From the NCBI RefSeq assembly GCF_017348835.2, contig NZ_CP071375.1: a DNA stretch of 64,000 bases. The stretch is one strand, 5' to 3'. This document shows positions 1 to 12,035 of this stretch, piece after piece (within the stretch, counting starts at the first letter, position 1; each line of letters begins with the position of its first letter). The DNA is from Escherichia coli. Lineage in GTDB: Bacteria; Pseudomonadota; Gammaproteobacteria; Enterobacterales; Enterobacteriaceae. The notes under the pieces are model-generated. The model was not told where the DNA came from, ran no database searches, and saw nothing but the letters and a program-made list of their open reading frames with translations. The translations under genes and the position numbers were made by a program.

Positions 1-1107
1 AGAGAGTTTATAATTTTCTAGTCGTGCAGTATAGTTACCATTAAAATTGATTTCATGATTTCCAGCCAGAACGATGACATTTTTATTAATACAGCTATCT
101 TTATTACCCTCCATATTTCGCATAGAATTTAGCAAAGTAAGGATATATTTATCACCAAAAATAGTACTAAATCTATCGCCTGTATGATCCCCAAGGAAGA
201 TACAAGGGGTTATCGCATCGTCCTTTAAAAAAACATGTTGATGCAACTCATTCAATATCATGTCTCTCGTATTTAATAAATTGTAGAGCAATTTATTATT
301 TTTATGTATGTATGCAGATGAAGCCATGTCTTCGTGTTTTAATAATTCACATAATAAACTCCAACCCTTTTCCCTGATGCCTATATGCCCTGAAACGAGC
401 AATGCATAAAGTACAGCGCCTACTCTTCCATCTGTATCGCCAAAATAAGCCGTGTTGGCATTTTGTGGGTTAATCACACCACACTGTTTATAAAAGTCTA
501 TTTTAGAAAACACAGATTTAACATAGCTATCAAACTTATCCTTAGGAAACGTCTCTTTAGAGACATCCCAACGCCAGTCAGCTTTAAAATTACCGCTAAG
601 AAGAGTAAAGAAATTTTCAGGTATGATAGAAAGCCCATTAACTTTATAAATTATGTCTGATTTATAAATTATGTCTGATTTATCTCCGGAGAAATTAATA
701 AAATAATAACCATCCTTACACTCAATCTTAACTGTAATGGGAGACGATAATTTTATCACATGGTTATTGTCTGGTATAATTGTAAAGATAAACGTGTTAG
801 TAGTATTATCGGCGAAACTATTATATTCTTGAATATCTATAGATGGCTCACTATTGTAAAACCATATTTTCTCCATCTGAAGACTATGTTCATTTACCCT
901 CCAGTGACCATGTTGCAGGAAATAGATGATATTCAGGCCTAAATCGTTATCTATTTGCGAAAAGTCATTCAGCATATTAACTTCAACTGTGTTTGATCGA
1001 TATTTTTTATCAACCTTGCCATGGTGTTGATGACTGTTAACTTTATCTGAATGCTTATCTTGATGGCTTGAAGAGATGTGCTTAAATATATTTTGAAATA
1101 CTTTCAT
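1..1107 (-). CDS. AT-rich hypothetical protein, 3' end beyond window start (yhiL-like position; possible degenerate metallophosphoesterase motifs)
   Basis: Hand translation of the reverse complement from ATG at 1107 (MKVFQNIFKHISSSHQDKH...) stays open to position 1 in one frame; absent from the ORF track presumably because no stop lies in the window. Upstream of and divergent from yhiM. Contains LGDHTGDR and AGNHE motifs near the visible end. Confidence 0.55.
   Translation of the reverse strand, partial: MKVFQNIFKHISSSHQDKHSDKVNSHQHHGKVDKKYRSNTVEVNMLNDFSQIDNDLGLNIIYFLQHGHWRVNEHSLQMEKIWFYNSEPSIDIQEYNSFADNTTNTFIFTIIPDNNHVIKLSSPITVKIECKDGYYFINFSGDKSDIIYKSDIIYKVNGLSIIPENFFTLLSGNFKADWRWDVSKETFPKDKFDSYVKSVFSKIDFYKQCGVINPQNANTAYFGDTDGRVGAVLYALLVSGHIGIREKGWSLLCELLKHEDMASSAYIHKNNKLLYNLLNTRDMILNELHQHVFLKDDAITPCIFLGDHTGDRFSTIFGDKYILTLLNSMRNMEGNKDSCINKNVIVLAGNHEINFNGNYTARLENYKLS
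643..678. repeat. perfect 18-bp tandem duplication (tttataaattatgtctga x2) inside the yhiL-like ORF, in frame (SDIIYK x2)
   Basis: Read directly: two identical adjacent 18-mers at 643-660 and 661-678; length is a multiple of 3 and in register with the minus-strand frame from 1107. Confidence 0.85.
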
Positions 1108-1489
1108 AAATAACCTGCAATATTTATAACTTGTTAGTAACAAAATAAATGATACATGTCTGAAAGACATATTTACGACGATACAAAGTAATAATACTTA
1201 TATATTCGATGATTTTACGCACCGAGACTATCCGGTCTTTTACTAAATAAAGGAAAACAATCCATCCCTGGAAGATAATTGTAAAAAAAAACAGAATAAG
1301 AATTAATCTTAGGATAAATATTTATTTATCATGGCCTTTTAACCGCTAAAAAATGGCACTCGGCACAGTAAACCCCGCTATAGTTATGCTATGCATTTGT
1401 CTTTAATGATATCTCGTCGTTATATTAATAGGCTGAAATTATCATTAATGCACATTTCAATATTAGCAGGGATACCTGAGGAGTTTAAA

Positions 1490-2542
1490 GTGAACATATA
1501 TATCGGGTGGCTTTTCAAATTAATCCCTTTGATTATGGGCTTAATTTGTATCGCTTTAGGTGGCTTTGTGCTGGAAAGTTCAGGGCAAAGCGAGTATTTC
1601 GTCGCGGGTCATGTGCTGATTTCTCTGGCAGCCATATGCCTGGCATTATTCACTACCGCATTTATTATCATTTCGCAGCTCACGCGCGGCGTTAATACGT
1701 TTTACAATACATTGTTCCCCATTATTGGCTATGCGGGGTCAATTATCACCATGATATGGGGTTGGGCACTGTTAGCAGGCAATGATGTGATGGCAGACGA
1801 GTTTGTCGCCGGCCATGTTATTTTCGGCGTTGGTATGATTGCCGCCTGTGTATCGACGGTGGCAGCATCATCCGGTCACTTTCTGCTCATTCCCAAAAAT
1901 GCAGCGGGGAGCAAGAGCGATGGAACGCCGGTACAGGCTTATTCTTCATTAATCGGTAATTGCCTCATTGCCGTTCCCGTTTTACTCACCCTGCTCGGTT
2001 TCATTTGGTCTATTACGCTGTTACGTAGTGCTGACATAACTCCGCATTATGTCGCGGGTCACGTATTGCTTGGGTTAACCGCAATCTGTGCCTGTCTAAT
2101 TGGCCTTGTTGCCACAATTGTCCATCAAACACGTAATACGTTTTCAACTAAAGAACACTGGCTGTGGTGTTATTGGGTTATTTTTCTCGGCTCAGTCACG
2201 GTGCTGCAGGGGATATACGTCTTAGTCAGTTCCGATGCAAGCGCCCGACTGGCTCCCGGTATTATCCTCATTTGCTTGGGAATGATCTGTTACAGCATAT
2301 TCTCAAAAGTCTGGCTACTGGCACTGGTCTGGAGACGTACCTGTTCGTTAGCCAACAGAATACCGATGATACCGGTATTTACCTGTCTGTTTTGCCTTTT
2401 CCTGGCATCGTTTCTTGCGGAAATGGCGCAGACCGACATGGGATATTTTATTCCTTCGCGGGTTTTGGTCGGTTTGGGAGCGGTATGCTTTACGTTGTTC
2501 TCAATCGTTTCAATATTAGAAGCGGGTTCTGCTAAAAAATAA
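1490..2542 (+). CDS. yhiM: inner membrane protein YhiM (GTG start; 350 aa)
   Basis: ORF 1391..2542 trimmed to GTG at 1490 preceded by gaggag RBS; product MNIYIGWLFKLIPLIMG... with repeated FVAGHV motif matches recalled YhiM. Confidence 0.8.
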   Translation: MNIYIGWLFKLIPLIMGLICIALGGFVLESSGQSEYFVAGHVLISLAAICLALFTTAFIIISQLTRGVNTFYNTLFPIIGYAGSIITMIWGWALLAGNDVMADEFVAGHVIFGVGMIAACVSTVAASSGHFLLIPKNAAGSKSDGTPVQAYSSLIGNCLIAVPVLLTLLGFIWSITLLRSADITPHYVAGHVLLGLTAICACLIGLVATIVHQTRNTFSTKEHWLWCYWVIFLGSVTVLQGIYVLVSSDASARLAPGIILICLGMICYSIFSKVWLLALVWRRTCSLANRIPMIPVFTCLFCLFLASFLAEMAQTDMGYFIPSRVLVGLGAVCFTLFSIVSILEAGSAKK

Positions 2543-2560
2543 TTGCAACGTACCGGATAA

Positions 2561-2596
2561 AACCAGCGTTGACCATTTGCGTAACGCTGGTTTTTC
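2561..2596 (+). terminator. rho-independent terminator after yhiM
   Basis: Stem ccagcgtt / aacgctgg followed by ttttt. Confidence 0.6.
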
Positions 2597-2857
2597 TCAG
2601 GTATCATGAAATGATGCAGCATTAATGCATAGTGGTTAAGGATAAAAAAACAACAAAGTTACTGTCTTTTTCAGCCTGTTCATATTTTATAAAGATCTGG
2701 CCACTGGGTGAGTTTTCAATCACCTTTCCTTCCACCTTATATTAAGCCTGGAGGGTTTCAGTTCACGGGCTCATTAGAAAATAATCACAAGATAGCCACT
2801 ATCAAAATTAGCTCATTTTTAATGCGGCTCTAATAATTTTCATCTTTAGGTAACAGG

Positions 2858-4060
2858 TCAGGACGACTTCGCTGCAATCAAATCCTGCGCACAAGCCCAT
2901 GCACTCGACCACGCCCACTGGAAGTTATAGCCCCCCAGCCAGCCGGTGACGTCCATCACTTCGCCGATGAAGTACAGCCCAGGCACTTTGCGCGCTTCCA
3001 TCGTCCGTGAAGAGAGTTCGTTGGTGTCCACGCCGCCGAGCGTCACTTCGGCAGTGCGATAGCCTTCAGTGCCGTTGGGTTGTACGCGCCAGTCGGTCAA
3101 TGTGCTAATCAGTGCCTGTTGGTCACGCACGTTGAGCTGTTTTAGCGAAACATCCGGGATTTGCCCGAGTTGCTGTAAGCGTTCAACCAACCGCTTCGGT
3201 AGATGAACCGCCAGTGTGTTTTTCAGGCTCTGATTCGGATGTGCGTTACGCTGCTCATTCAGGAAGGTTTCGAGGTCCACATCCGGTAGCAGATTGATAC
3301 TGACAAATTCACCCGGTTGCCAGTAGCTGGAAATCTGCAACACCGCCGGTCCAGATAAGCCGCGGTGGGTGAAGAGTAAGTTCTCTCGGAAAACGGTGCC
3401 GTTTTCAGCGGTAATCACGGAAAGCACCGCCACGCCCGCCAGCACCTGTAACTCTTCGAGCAACGGTTTATGCAGAGTGAATGGCACCAGACCCGCGCGG
3501 GTCGGCAGCACGTTGAGACCAAATTGTTCGGCAATCTTATAACCAAACGGCGACGCGCCCAGCCCCGGCATTGACAGCCCACCGGTCGCGATGACCAGCT
3601 TTTCGCAACCGACAGTCATGCCGTTCAGTTCAAGCGTGAAGCCTGTATCATCCTTCTCCACGCTCAGCACTTCGCTACGCAATCTGAAGGTCACATTGCC
3701 CTTCTCGCACTCATCCACCAGCATGTCGACAATCTGCTGCGCGGAGTCATCGCAGAAGAGTTGTCCTAACGTTTTCTCGTGCCAGGCGATGCCGTGTTTA
3801 TTGACCAGATCAATGAAATCCCACTGGGTAAAACGCGCAAGTGCAGACTTACAAAAATGCGGATTCTGGCTCAGATAAGCGCCCGGTTCGACATAAAGGT
3901 TGGTAAAGTTGCAGCGCCCACCGCCAGACATGAGGATTTTGCGCCCTGGTTTTTTACCATTATCGATCAGCAGAACCCGGCGTCCTGCCTGACCTGCCAG
4001 CGCAGAACAGAACATACCCGCCGCACCAGCGCCTATAATAATGGCATCAAACCTTTCCAC
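2858..4060 (-). CDS. yhiN: FAD-binding flavoprotein YhiN (HI0933-like family)
   Basis: 400-aa ORF starting MERFDAIIIGAGAAGMFC (Rossmann GxGxxG); synteny upstream of pitA. Confidence 0.85.
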   Translation of the reverse strand: MERFDAIIIGAGAAGMFCSALAGQAGRRVLLIDNGKKPGRKILMSGGGRCNFTNLYVEPGAYLSQNPHFCKSALARFTQWDFIDLVNKHGIAWHEKTLGQLFCDDSAQQIVDMLVDECEKGNVTFRLRSEVLSVEKDDTGFTLELNGMTVGCEKLVIATGGLSMPGLGASPFGYKIAEQFGLNVLPTRAGLVPFTLHKPLLEELQVLAGVAVLSVITAENGTVFRENLLFTHRGLSGPAVLQISSYWQPGEFVSINLLPDVDLETFLNEQRNAHPNQSLKNTLAVHLPKRLVERLQQLGQIPDVSLKQLNVRDQQALISTLTDWRVQPNGTEGYRTAEVTLGGVDTNELSSRTMEARKVPGLYFIGEVMDVTGWLGGYNFQWAWSSAWACAQDLIAAKSS

Positions 4061-4291
4061 GTTGCGCTCCTCTTAGAAAAAACGGGCGTGAATTGTAAAG
4101 ATTCCTCAGTGGTCGCACCAGCATCAATATTACTAAAAGGAAGTATTTGCCTGAATTATATAAGATAATTATTTTTTGAGTGAAATCCATACAGGAGGCA
4201 AATCAAAAAAAGTCTATATTTCACTTTGCCCGCGCCGCGAAAGTCACTGATAATGCGCCGCGTTCATGTCCTCAAAATGGCGTAACGTCCT

Positions 4292-5791
4292 ATGCTACAT
4301 TTGTTTGCTGGCCTGGATTTGCATACCGGGCTGTTATTATTGCTTGCACTGGCTTTTGTGCTGTTCTACGAAGCCATCAATGGTTTCCATGACACAGCCA
4401 ACGCCGTGGCAACCGTTATCTATACCCGCGCGATGCGTTCTCAGCTCGCCGTGGTTATGGCAGCGGTGTTCAACTTTTTGGGTGTTTTGCTGGGTGGTCT
4501 GAGTGTTGCCTATGCCATTGTGCATATGCTGCCGACGGATCTGCTGCTTAATATGGGATCGTCTCATGGCCTTGCCATGGTGTTCTCTATGTTGCTGGCG
4601 GCGATTATCTGGAACCTGGGTACCTGGTACTTTGGTTTGCCTGCATCCAGCTCTCATACGCTGATTGGCGCGATCATCGGGATTGGTTTAACCAATGCGT
4701 TGATGACCGGGACGTCAGTGGTGGATGCACTCAATATCCCGAAAGTATTAAGTATTTTCGGTTCTCTGATCGTTTCCCCTATTGTCGGCCTGGTGTTTGC
4801 TGGCGGTCTGATTTTCTTGCTGCGTCGCTACTGGAGCGGCACCAAGAAACGCGCCCGTATCCACCTGACCCCAGCGGAGCGTGAAAAGAAAGACGGCAAG
4901 AAAAAGCCGCCGTTCTGGACGCGTATCGCGCTGATCCTTTCCGCTATCGGCGTGGCGTTTTCGCACGGCGCGAACGATGGTCAGAAAGGCATTGGTCTGG
5001 TTATGTTGGTATTGATTGGTGTCGCACCAGCAGGCTTCGTGGTGAACATGAATGCCACTGGCTACGAAATCACCCGTACCCGTGATGCCATCAACAACGT
5101 CGAAGCTTACTTTGAGCAGCATCCTGCGCTGCTGAAACAAGCTACCGGTGCTGATCAGTTAGTACCGGCTCCGGAAGCTGGCGCAACGCAACCTGCGGAG
5201 TTCCATTGCCATCCGTCGAATACCATTAACGCGCTCAACCGCCTGAAAGGCATGTTGACTACCGATGTGGAAAGCTACGACAAGCTGTCGCTTGATCAAC
5301 GTAGCCAGATGCGCCGCATTATGCTGTGCGTTTCTGACACCATCGACAAAGTGGTGAAATTGCCTGGCGTAAATGCTGACGATCAGCGTCTGTTGAAGAA
5401 ACTGAAGTCCGATATGCTAAGTACCATCGAGTATGCTCCGGTGTGGATCATCATGGCGGTCGCGTTGGCGTTAGGTATCGGTACGATGATTGGCTGGCGT
5501 CGTGTGGCAACGACTATCGGTGAGAAAATCGGTAAGAAAGGCATGACCTACGCTCAGGGGATGTCTGCCCAGATGACGGCGGCAGTGTCTATCGGCCTGG
5601 CGAGTTATACCGGGATGCCGGTTTCCACTACTCACGTACTCTCCTCTTCTGTCGCGGGGACAATGGTGGTAGATGGTGGCGGCTTACAGCGTAAAACCGT
5701 GACCAGCATTCTGATGGCCTGGGTGTTTACCCTTCCGGCTGCGGTACTGCTTTCCGGCGGGCTGTACTGGCTCTCCTTGCAGTTCCTGTAA
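4292..5791 (+). CDS. pitA: low-affinity inorganic phosphate transporter PitA
   Basis: 499-aa polytopic membrane ORF; sequence and synteny match PitA. Confidence 0.9.
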   Translation: MLHLFAGLDLHTGLLLLLALAFVLFYEAINGFHDTANAVATVIYTRAMRSQLAVVMAAVFNFLGVLLGGLSVAYAIVHMLPTDLLLNMGSSHGLAMVFSMLLAAIIWNLGTWYFGLPASSSHTLIGAIIGIGLTNALMTGTSVVDALNIPKVLSIFGSLIVSPIVGLVFAGGLIFLLRRYWSGTKKRARIHLTPAEREKKDGKKKPPFWTRIALILSAIGVAFSHGANDGQKGIGLVMLVLIGVAPAGFVVNMNATGYEITRTRDAINNVEAYFEQHPALLKQATGADQLVPAPEAGATQPAEFHCHPSNTINALNRLKGMLTTDVESYDKLSLDQRSQMRRIMLCVSDTIDKVVKLPGVNADDQRLLKKLKSDMLSTIEYAPVWIIMAVALALGIGTMIGWRRVATTIGEKIGKKGMTYAQGMSAQMTAAVSIGLASYTGMPVSTTHVLSSSVAGTMVVDGGGLQRKTVTSILMAWVFTLPAAVLLSGGLYWLSLQFL

Positions 5792-5850
5792 TCGTACGCA
5801 CCAAAACGAGCGGGTCAGCTGGCCCGCTTCAGATTGTTGACATAGTGCGC

Positions 5851-5957
5851 TTTGTTCATGCCGGATGCGGCGTGAACGCCTTATCCGGCCTACAAAAACA
5901 TGCAAATTCAATAGATTGCAGAGATTATGTAGGCCTGATAAGCGTAGCGCATCAGGC
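5851..5957. repeat. REP/BIME palindromic units between pitA and uspB
   Basis: gccggatgcggcgtgaacgccttatccggcctac and gtaggcctgataagcgtagcgcatcaggc, typical E. coli REP sequences. Confidence 0.7.
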
Positions 5958-5983
5958 AATTTTGCGTTTGCAATCAGTCTCGA

Positions 5984-6011
5984 GCGGGTCAGTTTACTGG
6001 CCCGCTTTTTT
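5984..6011 (+). terminator. rho-independent terminator (gcgggtcag...ctggcccgc + T-tract)
   Basis: GC-rich hairpin followed by tttttt; a near-identical hairpin lacking the T-tract lies at 5808-5825. Confidence 0.55.
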
Positions 6012-6034
6012 ATGCGTTATTATTGCTGAAGTGC

Positions 6035-6370
6035 TTAATGCCAAATCATCAATGCAATCAGGCTGACCACCACCAGACCACACAATGCGCTGGTCAGAAT
6101 AAACTGCCGACGCACCCGCTCACAGCGGCGAATAAATTCATCATCGTGATGATCGCGATAACGTTGGGCATAGATATACCAAACGAGACGCACCTGTTTG
6201 TTGGGTTGGCCATGTGAGGTAAAAAAGCCCCCTCCATCAACATATTGATAGAGCAATGGATCGCAGTTACGCAGTACCACTAACAACGCGCGTAGTGATG
6301 AGAAATAGCGCGCCATGTTAACAATGCAAACGACACATAAAGCCCAAAATAATGCGACGGTGCTTATCAT
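6035..6370 (-). CDS. uspB: universal stress protein B
   Basis: 111-aa [26 protein letters not shown]...; divergent from uspA. Confidence 0.9.
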
Positions 6371-6760
6371 ACCTCCTCCCCGGCGACCTGCCCGCGGAGT
6401 TCCACCCCGGGGCTACCGCTCCCGATACGCTGCCAATCAGTTAACACCAGGTCCTGGAGAAACCGCTTTTGTGGTGACCAACATCCGAGCGGCTCTATAG
6501 ATAGTGTAGGAGATCAGGTTGTTTTTTTTCCAGAAGGTTAACCACTATCAATATATTCATGTCGAAAATTTGTTTATCTAACGGGTAAGCAAGGCGGATT
6601 GACGGATCATCCGGGTCGCTATAAGGTAAGGATGGTCTTAACACTGAATCTTTACGGCTGGGTTAGCCCCGCGCACGTAGTTCGCAGGACGCGGGTGACG
6701 TAACGGCACAAGAAACGCTAGCTGGCCAGTCATCGACAACTTTATGGAAGGAGTAACACT

Positions 6761-7195
6761 ATGGCTTATAAACACATTCTCATCGCGGTCGATCTCTCCC
6801 CGGAAAGCAAAGTTCTGGTAGAGAAAGCAGTCTCTATGGCTCGCCCCTACAATGCGAAAGTTTCTCTGATCCACGTAGATGTAAACTACTCTGACCTATA
6901 CACCGGGCTTATTGATGTGAATCTGGGTGATATGCAGAAACGCATCTCTGAAGAGACACATCATGCGCTGACCGAGCTTTCCACTAATGCAGGCTACCCA
7001 ATCACTGAAACCCTGAGCGGCAGCGGCGACCTGGGCCAGGTTCTGGTCGATGCAATCAAGAAATACGATATGGATCTGGTGGTTTGTGGTCACCACCAGG
7101 ACTTCTGGAGCAAACTGATGTCTTCCGCACGTCAGCTGATCAACACCGTTCACGTTGATATGCTGATTGTTCCGCTGCGCGACGAAGAAGAATAA
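6761..7195 (+). CDS. uspA: universal stress protein A
   Basis: 144-aa [27 protein letters not shown]... Confidence 0.95.
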
Positions 7196-7221
7196 TCTTC
7201 CCTCCACGACGTGTTCCTGAA

Positions 7222-7250
7222 CGCCCGCATATGCGGGCGTTTTGCTTTTT
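7222..7250 (+). terminator. uspA rho-independent terminator
   Basis: cgcccgcatatgcgggcg hairpin followed by ttttgcttttt. Confidence 0.7.
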
Positions 7251-7512
7251 GGCGCGCCTTGTTACCTGATGCAGCATAAACACCTTATCTGGCCTACGAT
7301 CTGCGCACGCAATCAAAATCCCCTGCCAATACAACATTTAACACCATTATATTTTCCATCATTAGTGTGATCGGCTGGTTATTTTCTGTTGTAATAGTGT
7401 ATTAATCTATTCGCCGCATCAATATTAAGAATCTCTGACAGATGTAAACTTTTTCGCGCGTTATCCCTTACGCGTTCATACTTTTCAGGATGGTATTGGA
7501 AGGTTAATAAAT

Positions 7513-8982
7513 ATGAATACAACAACACCCATGGGGATGCTGCAGCAACCTCGCCCATTTTTCATGATCTTTTTTGTCGAGTTATGGGAGCGATTCGGCT
7601 ACTACGGCGTGCAGGGCGTACTGGCGGTTTTCTTCGTTAAACAGCTTGGATTCTCGCAAGAGCAGGCTTTTGTCACTTTTGGTGCTTTTGCTGCGCTGGT
7701 CTATGGCCTCATTTCCATTGGCGGCTATGTCGGCGACCACCTGCTGGGGACCAAACGCACCATCGTTCTTGGAGCACTTGTGCTGGCGATTGGCTACTTC
7801 ATGACCGGCATGTCGCTACTTAAGCCTGACCTGATTTTCATCGCCCTGGGGACTATCGCTGTCGGTAACGGCCTGTTTAAAGCTAACCCAGCCAGCTTGC
7901 TTTCGAAGTGCTATCCGCCGAAAGATCCGCGCCTTGATGGCGCATTCACCCTGTTCTATATGTCGATCAACATCGGCTCGTTGATAGCGTTATCGCTGGC
8001 CCCTGTGATCGCTGATAGATTCGGTTATTCAGTCACCTACAACCTGTGCGGGGCGGGGTTAATTATCGCATTACTGGTTTACATCGCCTGTCGTGGAATG
8101 GTGAAAAACATTGGTTCTGAGCCCGACTTCCGGCCAATGAGCTTCAGCAAACTGTTGTACGTATTACTTGGCAGCGTGGTGATGATCTTCGTCTGCGCCT
8201 GGCTGATGCACAACGTAGAAGTCGCCAATCTGGTGCTGATTGTTCTCTCCATCGTCGTCACCATCATCTTCTTTCGTCAGGCATTCAAGCTGGATAAAAC
8301 CGGGCGCAATAAAATGTTTGTCGCCTTTGTCCTGATGCTCGAAGCGGTGGTGTTTTACATTCTCTACGCCCAGATGCCAACGTCGCTGAACTTCTTTGCC
8401 ATCAACAACGTGCATCATGAAATTCTCGGCTTTTCCATCAACCCGGTCAGCTTCCAGGCGCTTAACCCGTTCTGGGTGGTACTCGCCAGCCCAATACTGG
8501 CAGGCATTTACACGCATCTGGGTAACAAAGGCAAAGACCTCTCGATGCCGATGAAATTTACTCTCGGCATGTTTATGTGCTCACTGGGCTTTTTGACGGC
8601 GGCAGCTGCGGGAATGTGGTTTGCGGATGCACAAGGGCTGACATCGCCATGGTTTATCGTGCTGGTGTACTTATTCCAGAGCTTAGGTGAACTGTTTATT
8701 AGCGCCCTTGGCCTGGCGATGATTGCTGCCCTGGTGCCGCAGCATTTGATGGGCTTTATTCTCGGGATGTGGTTCCTGACGCAGGCTGCCGCGTTCTTGC
8801 TGGGCGGCTATGTGGCAACATTTACCGCGGTGCCGGACAACATTACCGATCCGCTTGAGACGTTGCCCGTCTATACCAACGTGTTTGGTAAGATTGGTCT
8901 GGTCACGCTGGGCGTTGCAGTAGTGATGCTGTTGATGGTGCCGTGGCTGAAACGCATGATTGCGACGCCGGAAAGCCATTAA
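7513..8982 (+). CDS. dtpB: dipeptide/tripeptide permease B (POT family)
   Basis: 489-aa MFS/POT membrane ORF; synteny uspA-dtpB-rsmJ. Confidence 0.9.
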   Translation: MNTTTPMGMLQQPRPFFMIFFVELWERFGYYGVQGVLAVFFVKQLGFSQEQAFVTFGAFAALVYGLISIGGYVGDHLLGTKRTIVLGALVLAIGYFMTGMSLLKPDLIFIALGTIAVGNGLFKANPASLLSKCYPPKDPRLDGAFTLFYMSINIGSLIALSLAPVIADRFGYSVTYNLCGAGLIIALLVYIACRGMVKNIGSEPDFRPMSFSKLLYVLLGSVVMIFVCAWLMHNVEVANLVLIVLSIVVTIIFFRQAFKLDKTGRNKMFVAFVLMLEAVVFYILYAQMPTSLNFFAINNVHHEILGFSINPVSFQALNPFWVVLASPILAGIYTHLGNKGKDLSMPMKFTLGMFMCSLGFLTAAAAGMWFADAQGLTSPWFIVLVYLFQSLGELFISALGLAMIAALVPQHLMGFILGMWFLTQAAAFLLGGYVATFTAVPDNITDPLETLPVYTNVFGKIGLVTLGVAVVMLLMVPWLKRMIATPESH

Positions 8983-8995
8983 TTATTCTTGCAGA

Positions 8996-9027
8996 AAGCA
9001 GGGTAGCGTTATCGCTACCCTGCTTTA
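8996..9027. terminator. bidirectional terminator between dtpB and rsmJ
   Basis: agcagggtagcg...cgctaccctgct palindrome flanked by A and T runs. Confidence 0.6.
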
Positions 9028-9030
9028 CTT

Positions 9031-9783
9031 TTACACTGGCGTACCTGCATAAATATCAAACCTATGCCCTTTAGTGACAACCGCGTTTGGCGTGGCGACA
9101 TTCGCTAGCGGTGGCGCGTAGTCCGGGCGCTTTACCACCACGCGTTTGGTCGCCAGCAAGCGTGCAGGCTCCAGCAACCCATCCGCGTCGAGATCCGGCC
9201 CCACCAGCGACTGAAAGACACGCATCTCTTTTTTCACCAGCGCGCTTTTCTGCTTATGCGGGAACATCGGATCGAGATAAACCACCTGCGGGCGCGGGGT
9301 AATATCGGTCAGCGCCGTCAGGCTGGAGGCGTGAATTAACTGCAAACGCTCCTGCAACCAGCCGCCGATTTCCGCATCCGCATAACCACGCGCCAGGCCG
9401 TCGTCGAGCAATGCGGCAACGACTGGATTACGCTCCAGCATCCGCACGCGGCAGCCGACTGAAGCCAGCACAAAGGCATCGCGCCCCAGCCCTGCGGTGG
9501 CATCCACCACATCCGGCAAATAATCGCCTTTAATGCCCACCGCTTTCGCCACCGCCTCACCGCGACCACCGCCGAATTTGCGTCGGTGCGCCATCGCTCC
9601 GCCAACAAAATCAACAAAGATGCCGCCAAGTTTTGGCTCATCACGCTTGCGCAATTCCAGATGTTCCGGCGTTAACACCAGCGCCATCAGGTTGTCTTCA
9701 TCGTGCTCCAGCCCCCAGCGGGCCGCCAGAACAGATAAGGCACCGTCTCCGGTGCCTGTTTCATCAATTAAGCAGATTTTCAC
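9031..9783 (-). CDS. rsmJ: 16S rRNA m2G1516 methyltransferase RsmJ (GTG start)
   Basis: ORF 9031..9888 trimmed to GTG at 9783, 8 nt after the prlC stop; product (M)[22 protein letters not shown]... Confidence 0.8.
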   Translation of the reverse strand: MKICLIDETGTGDGALSVLAARWGLEHDEDNLMALVLTPEHLELRKRDEPKLGGIFVDFVGGAMAHRRKFGGGRGEAVAKAVGIKGDYLPDVVDATAGLGRDAFVLASVGCRVRMLERNPVVAALLDDGLARGYADAEIGGWLQERLQLIHASSLTALTDITPRPQVVYLDPMFPHKQKSALVKKEMRVFQSLVGPDLDADGLLEPARLLATKRVVVKRPDYAPPLANVATPNAVVTKGHRFDIYAGTPV

Positions 9784-9790
9784 TGAATGA

Positions 9791-11833
9791 TCAGCCCTTA
9801 ATGCCGTAATGCTCCAGCATCGCATCCAGCTGCGGTTCACGACCACGGAAGCGTTTGAACAGATCCATCGGCTCTTCTGAACCGCCACGGCTCAGAATGT
9901 TGTCGAGGAACGACTGCCCGGTTTCACGGTTGAAAATGCCCTCTTCCTCAAAGCGCGAGAAAGCATCTGCCGCCAGCACATCGGCCCACAGGTAGCTGTA
10001 GTAACCTGCGGCATAACCACCGGCGAAAATATGGCTGAAAGCGTGCGGGAAACGGCCCCAGGATGGAGACGGTACTACGGCAACCAGTTTCTTGATTTCT
10101 GCCAGAGTTTCGAGGATTTTCGCTCCCTGATCCGGGCGGAACTCGGCATGGAGGCGGAAATCGAACAGGCCGAACTCCAGCTGGCGCAGAATAAACAGCG
10201 CCGCCTGGTAGTTCTTCGCTGCCAGCATTTTATCCAGCAACTCTTTCGGCAGCGGTTCGCCGGTTTCATAGTGACCGGAGATAAACGCCAGCGCCTCCGG
10301 CTCCCAGCACCAGTTTTCCATAAACTGGCTCGGCAGTTCGACCGCATCCCACGGCACCCCGCTGATACCAGACACACCAGCGGTTTCAATGCGGGTAAGC
10401 ATATGATGCAGGCCATGACCGAACTCATGGAACAGAGTGATCACTTCGTCGTGAGTGAACAGCGCCGGTTTACCATTCACCGGGCGGTTGAAGTTACAGG
10501 TCAAATACGCGACCGGTTTTTGCAGCGAACCGTCGGCTTTACGCATCTGGCCTACGCAGTCATCCATCCACGCCCCGCCGCGCTTGTTTTCACGGGCATA
10601 CAGGTCGAGGTAGAAGCTACCGCGCAGTTCGTTGTTCTCGTCATACAGTTCGAAGAAACGTACATCCGGATGCCAGACATCAACATCTTTACGCTCTTTA
10701 GCGGTGATGCCGTAAATACGTTTCACCACTTCAAACAGGCCGTTAACCGCTTTGTTTTCCGGGAAGTACGGACGCAGCTGTTCGTCACTGATGCTGTAGA
10801 GGTGCTGTTTTTGTTTTTCGCTGTAGTACGCGATATCCCACGGCTGCAACTCATCGACGCCAAATTCGGCTTTGGCGAAGGAACGCAGTTGTGCCAGCTC
10901 TTTTTCGCCTTGCGGACGTGCGCGTTTTGCCAGATCGGTTAAGAAATCAAGCACCTGCTGCGGGTTTTCTGCCATTTTAGTGGCAAGGGATTTAAAGGCG
11001 TAGTTTTCAAAGCCCAGCAGTTGCGCCAGTTCGTGACGCAGCGCGAGGATCTCTTCCATCACCTTGCTGTTGTCCCACTTACCGGCGTTCGGACCTTGAT
11101 CGGAAGCGCGAGTGCTGTAAGCACGATACATCTCTTCGCGCAGAGCCTGGTTGTCGCAATAGGTCATTACCGGCAGGTAGCTTGGGATATCCAGCGTCAG
11201 CAAATAACCTTCCAGCTCTTTCGCTTCGGCCTGGGCTTTTGCCGCAGCCAGCGCGCTTTCTGGCATCCCCGCCAGCTCCGCTTCGTCGGTAACGAGTTTG
11301 GTCCAGCCCATTGTCGCATCGAGGACGTTGTTGCTGTACTGGTTTCCCAGCTCGGAAAGACGAGTGGCAATCTCACCGTAGCGTTGCTGTTTCTCTTTTG
11401 GCAGACCGATGCCAGAGAGTTCAAAGTCGCGCAGTGCGTTATCAACCGCTTTCTTCTGCGCCGTGTTCAGCGTGGCGTAATGATCGCCATCGCGCAGGTC
11501 GCGATACGCTTTATACAGCCCTTCATGTTGCCCTACCCAGGTGCTGTATTCCGACAGCAGCGGCAGGGTTTGCTCGTAGGCTTCACGCAGTTCCGGGCTA
11601 TTTTTCACCGAGTTCAGGTGGCTGACCGGGGAGAAGATACGCCCCAACACATCGTCCACTTCCGCCAGCGGCTGGCAGAGATTTTCCCAGGTGTACGGTG
11701 CCCCTTGCGCTACTACGCGCTCCACATTTTCCCGGCAGTCGTTCAGCGCCTGAGTCACGGCTGGAACGACATGTTCCGGGAGAATTTTAGAAAACGGAGG
11801 CAATTCAAAGGGAGTCAGTAACGGATTCGTCAT
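9791..11833 (-). CDS. prlC: oligopeptidase A
   Basis: ORF trimmed to ATG at 11833 ([17 protein letters not shown]...); HEFGH zinc-binding motif present. Confidence 0.9.
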   Translation of the reverse strand: MTNPLLTPFELPPFSKILPEHVVPAVTQALNDCRENVERVVAQGAPYTWENLCQPLAEVDDVLGRIFSPVSHLNSVKNSPELREAYEQTLPLLSEYSTWVGQHEGLYKAYRDLRDGDHYATLNTAQKKAVDNALRDFELSGIGLPKEKQQRYGEIATRLSELGNQYSNNVLDATMGWTKLVTDEAELAGMPESALAAAKAQAEAKELEGYLLTLDIPSYLPVMTYCDNQALREEMYRAYSTRASDQGPNAGKWDNSKVMEEILALRHELAQLLGFENYAFKSLATKMAENPQQVLDFLTDLAKRARPQGEKELAQLRSFAKAEFGVDELQPWDIAYYSEKQKQHLYSISDEQLRPYFPENKAVNGLFEVVKRIYGITAKERKDVDVWHPDVRFFELYDENNELRGSFYLDLYARENKRGGAWMDDCVGQMRKADGSLQKPVAYLTCNFNRPVNGKPALFTHDEVITLFHEFGHGLHHMLTRIETAGVSGISGVPWDAVELPSQFMENWCWEPEALAFISGHYETGEPLPKELLDKMLAAKNYQAALFILRQLEFGLFDFRLHAEFRPDQGAKILETLAEIKKLVAVVPSPSWGRFPHAFSHIFAGGYAAGYYSYLWADVLAADAFSRFEEEGIFNRETGQSFLDNILSRGGSEEPMDLFKRFRGREPQLDAMLEHYGIKG

Positions 11834-12035
11834 TAGCGCAGTCCTGGTTAAAGAGGTTAAAGAAGCGCTCAACAGGCGCTTTACATAATGTTTGTAGCAT
11901 GGGGTTAAGTGTAGTGAATTTCAATGAGAAACGTTACGCTTTCGCGGCGGCGGCCTCTTTTCGGTATACTGTCCTGATAGGCTTTTGTGCGCCCCGAATA
12001 CGGGCCGATTTTTACTTACCGGAACACCTTTACCC

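Noticed and set aside
10031-11821. 303-aa and 266-aa plus-strand ORFs inside prlC
   Set aside because: Antisense to oligopeptidase A, which has a clear HEFGH metalloprotease signature; no RBS or family resemblance.
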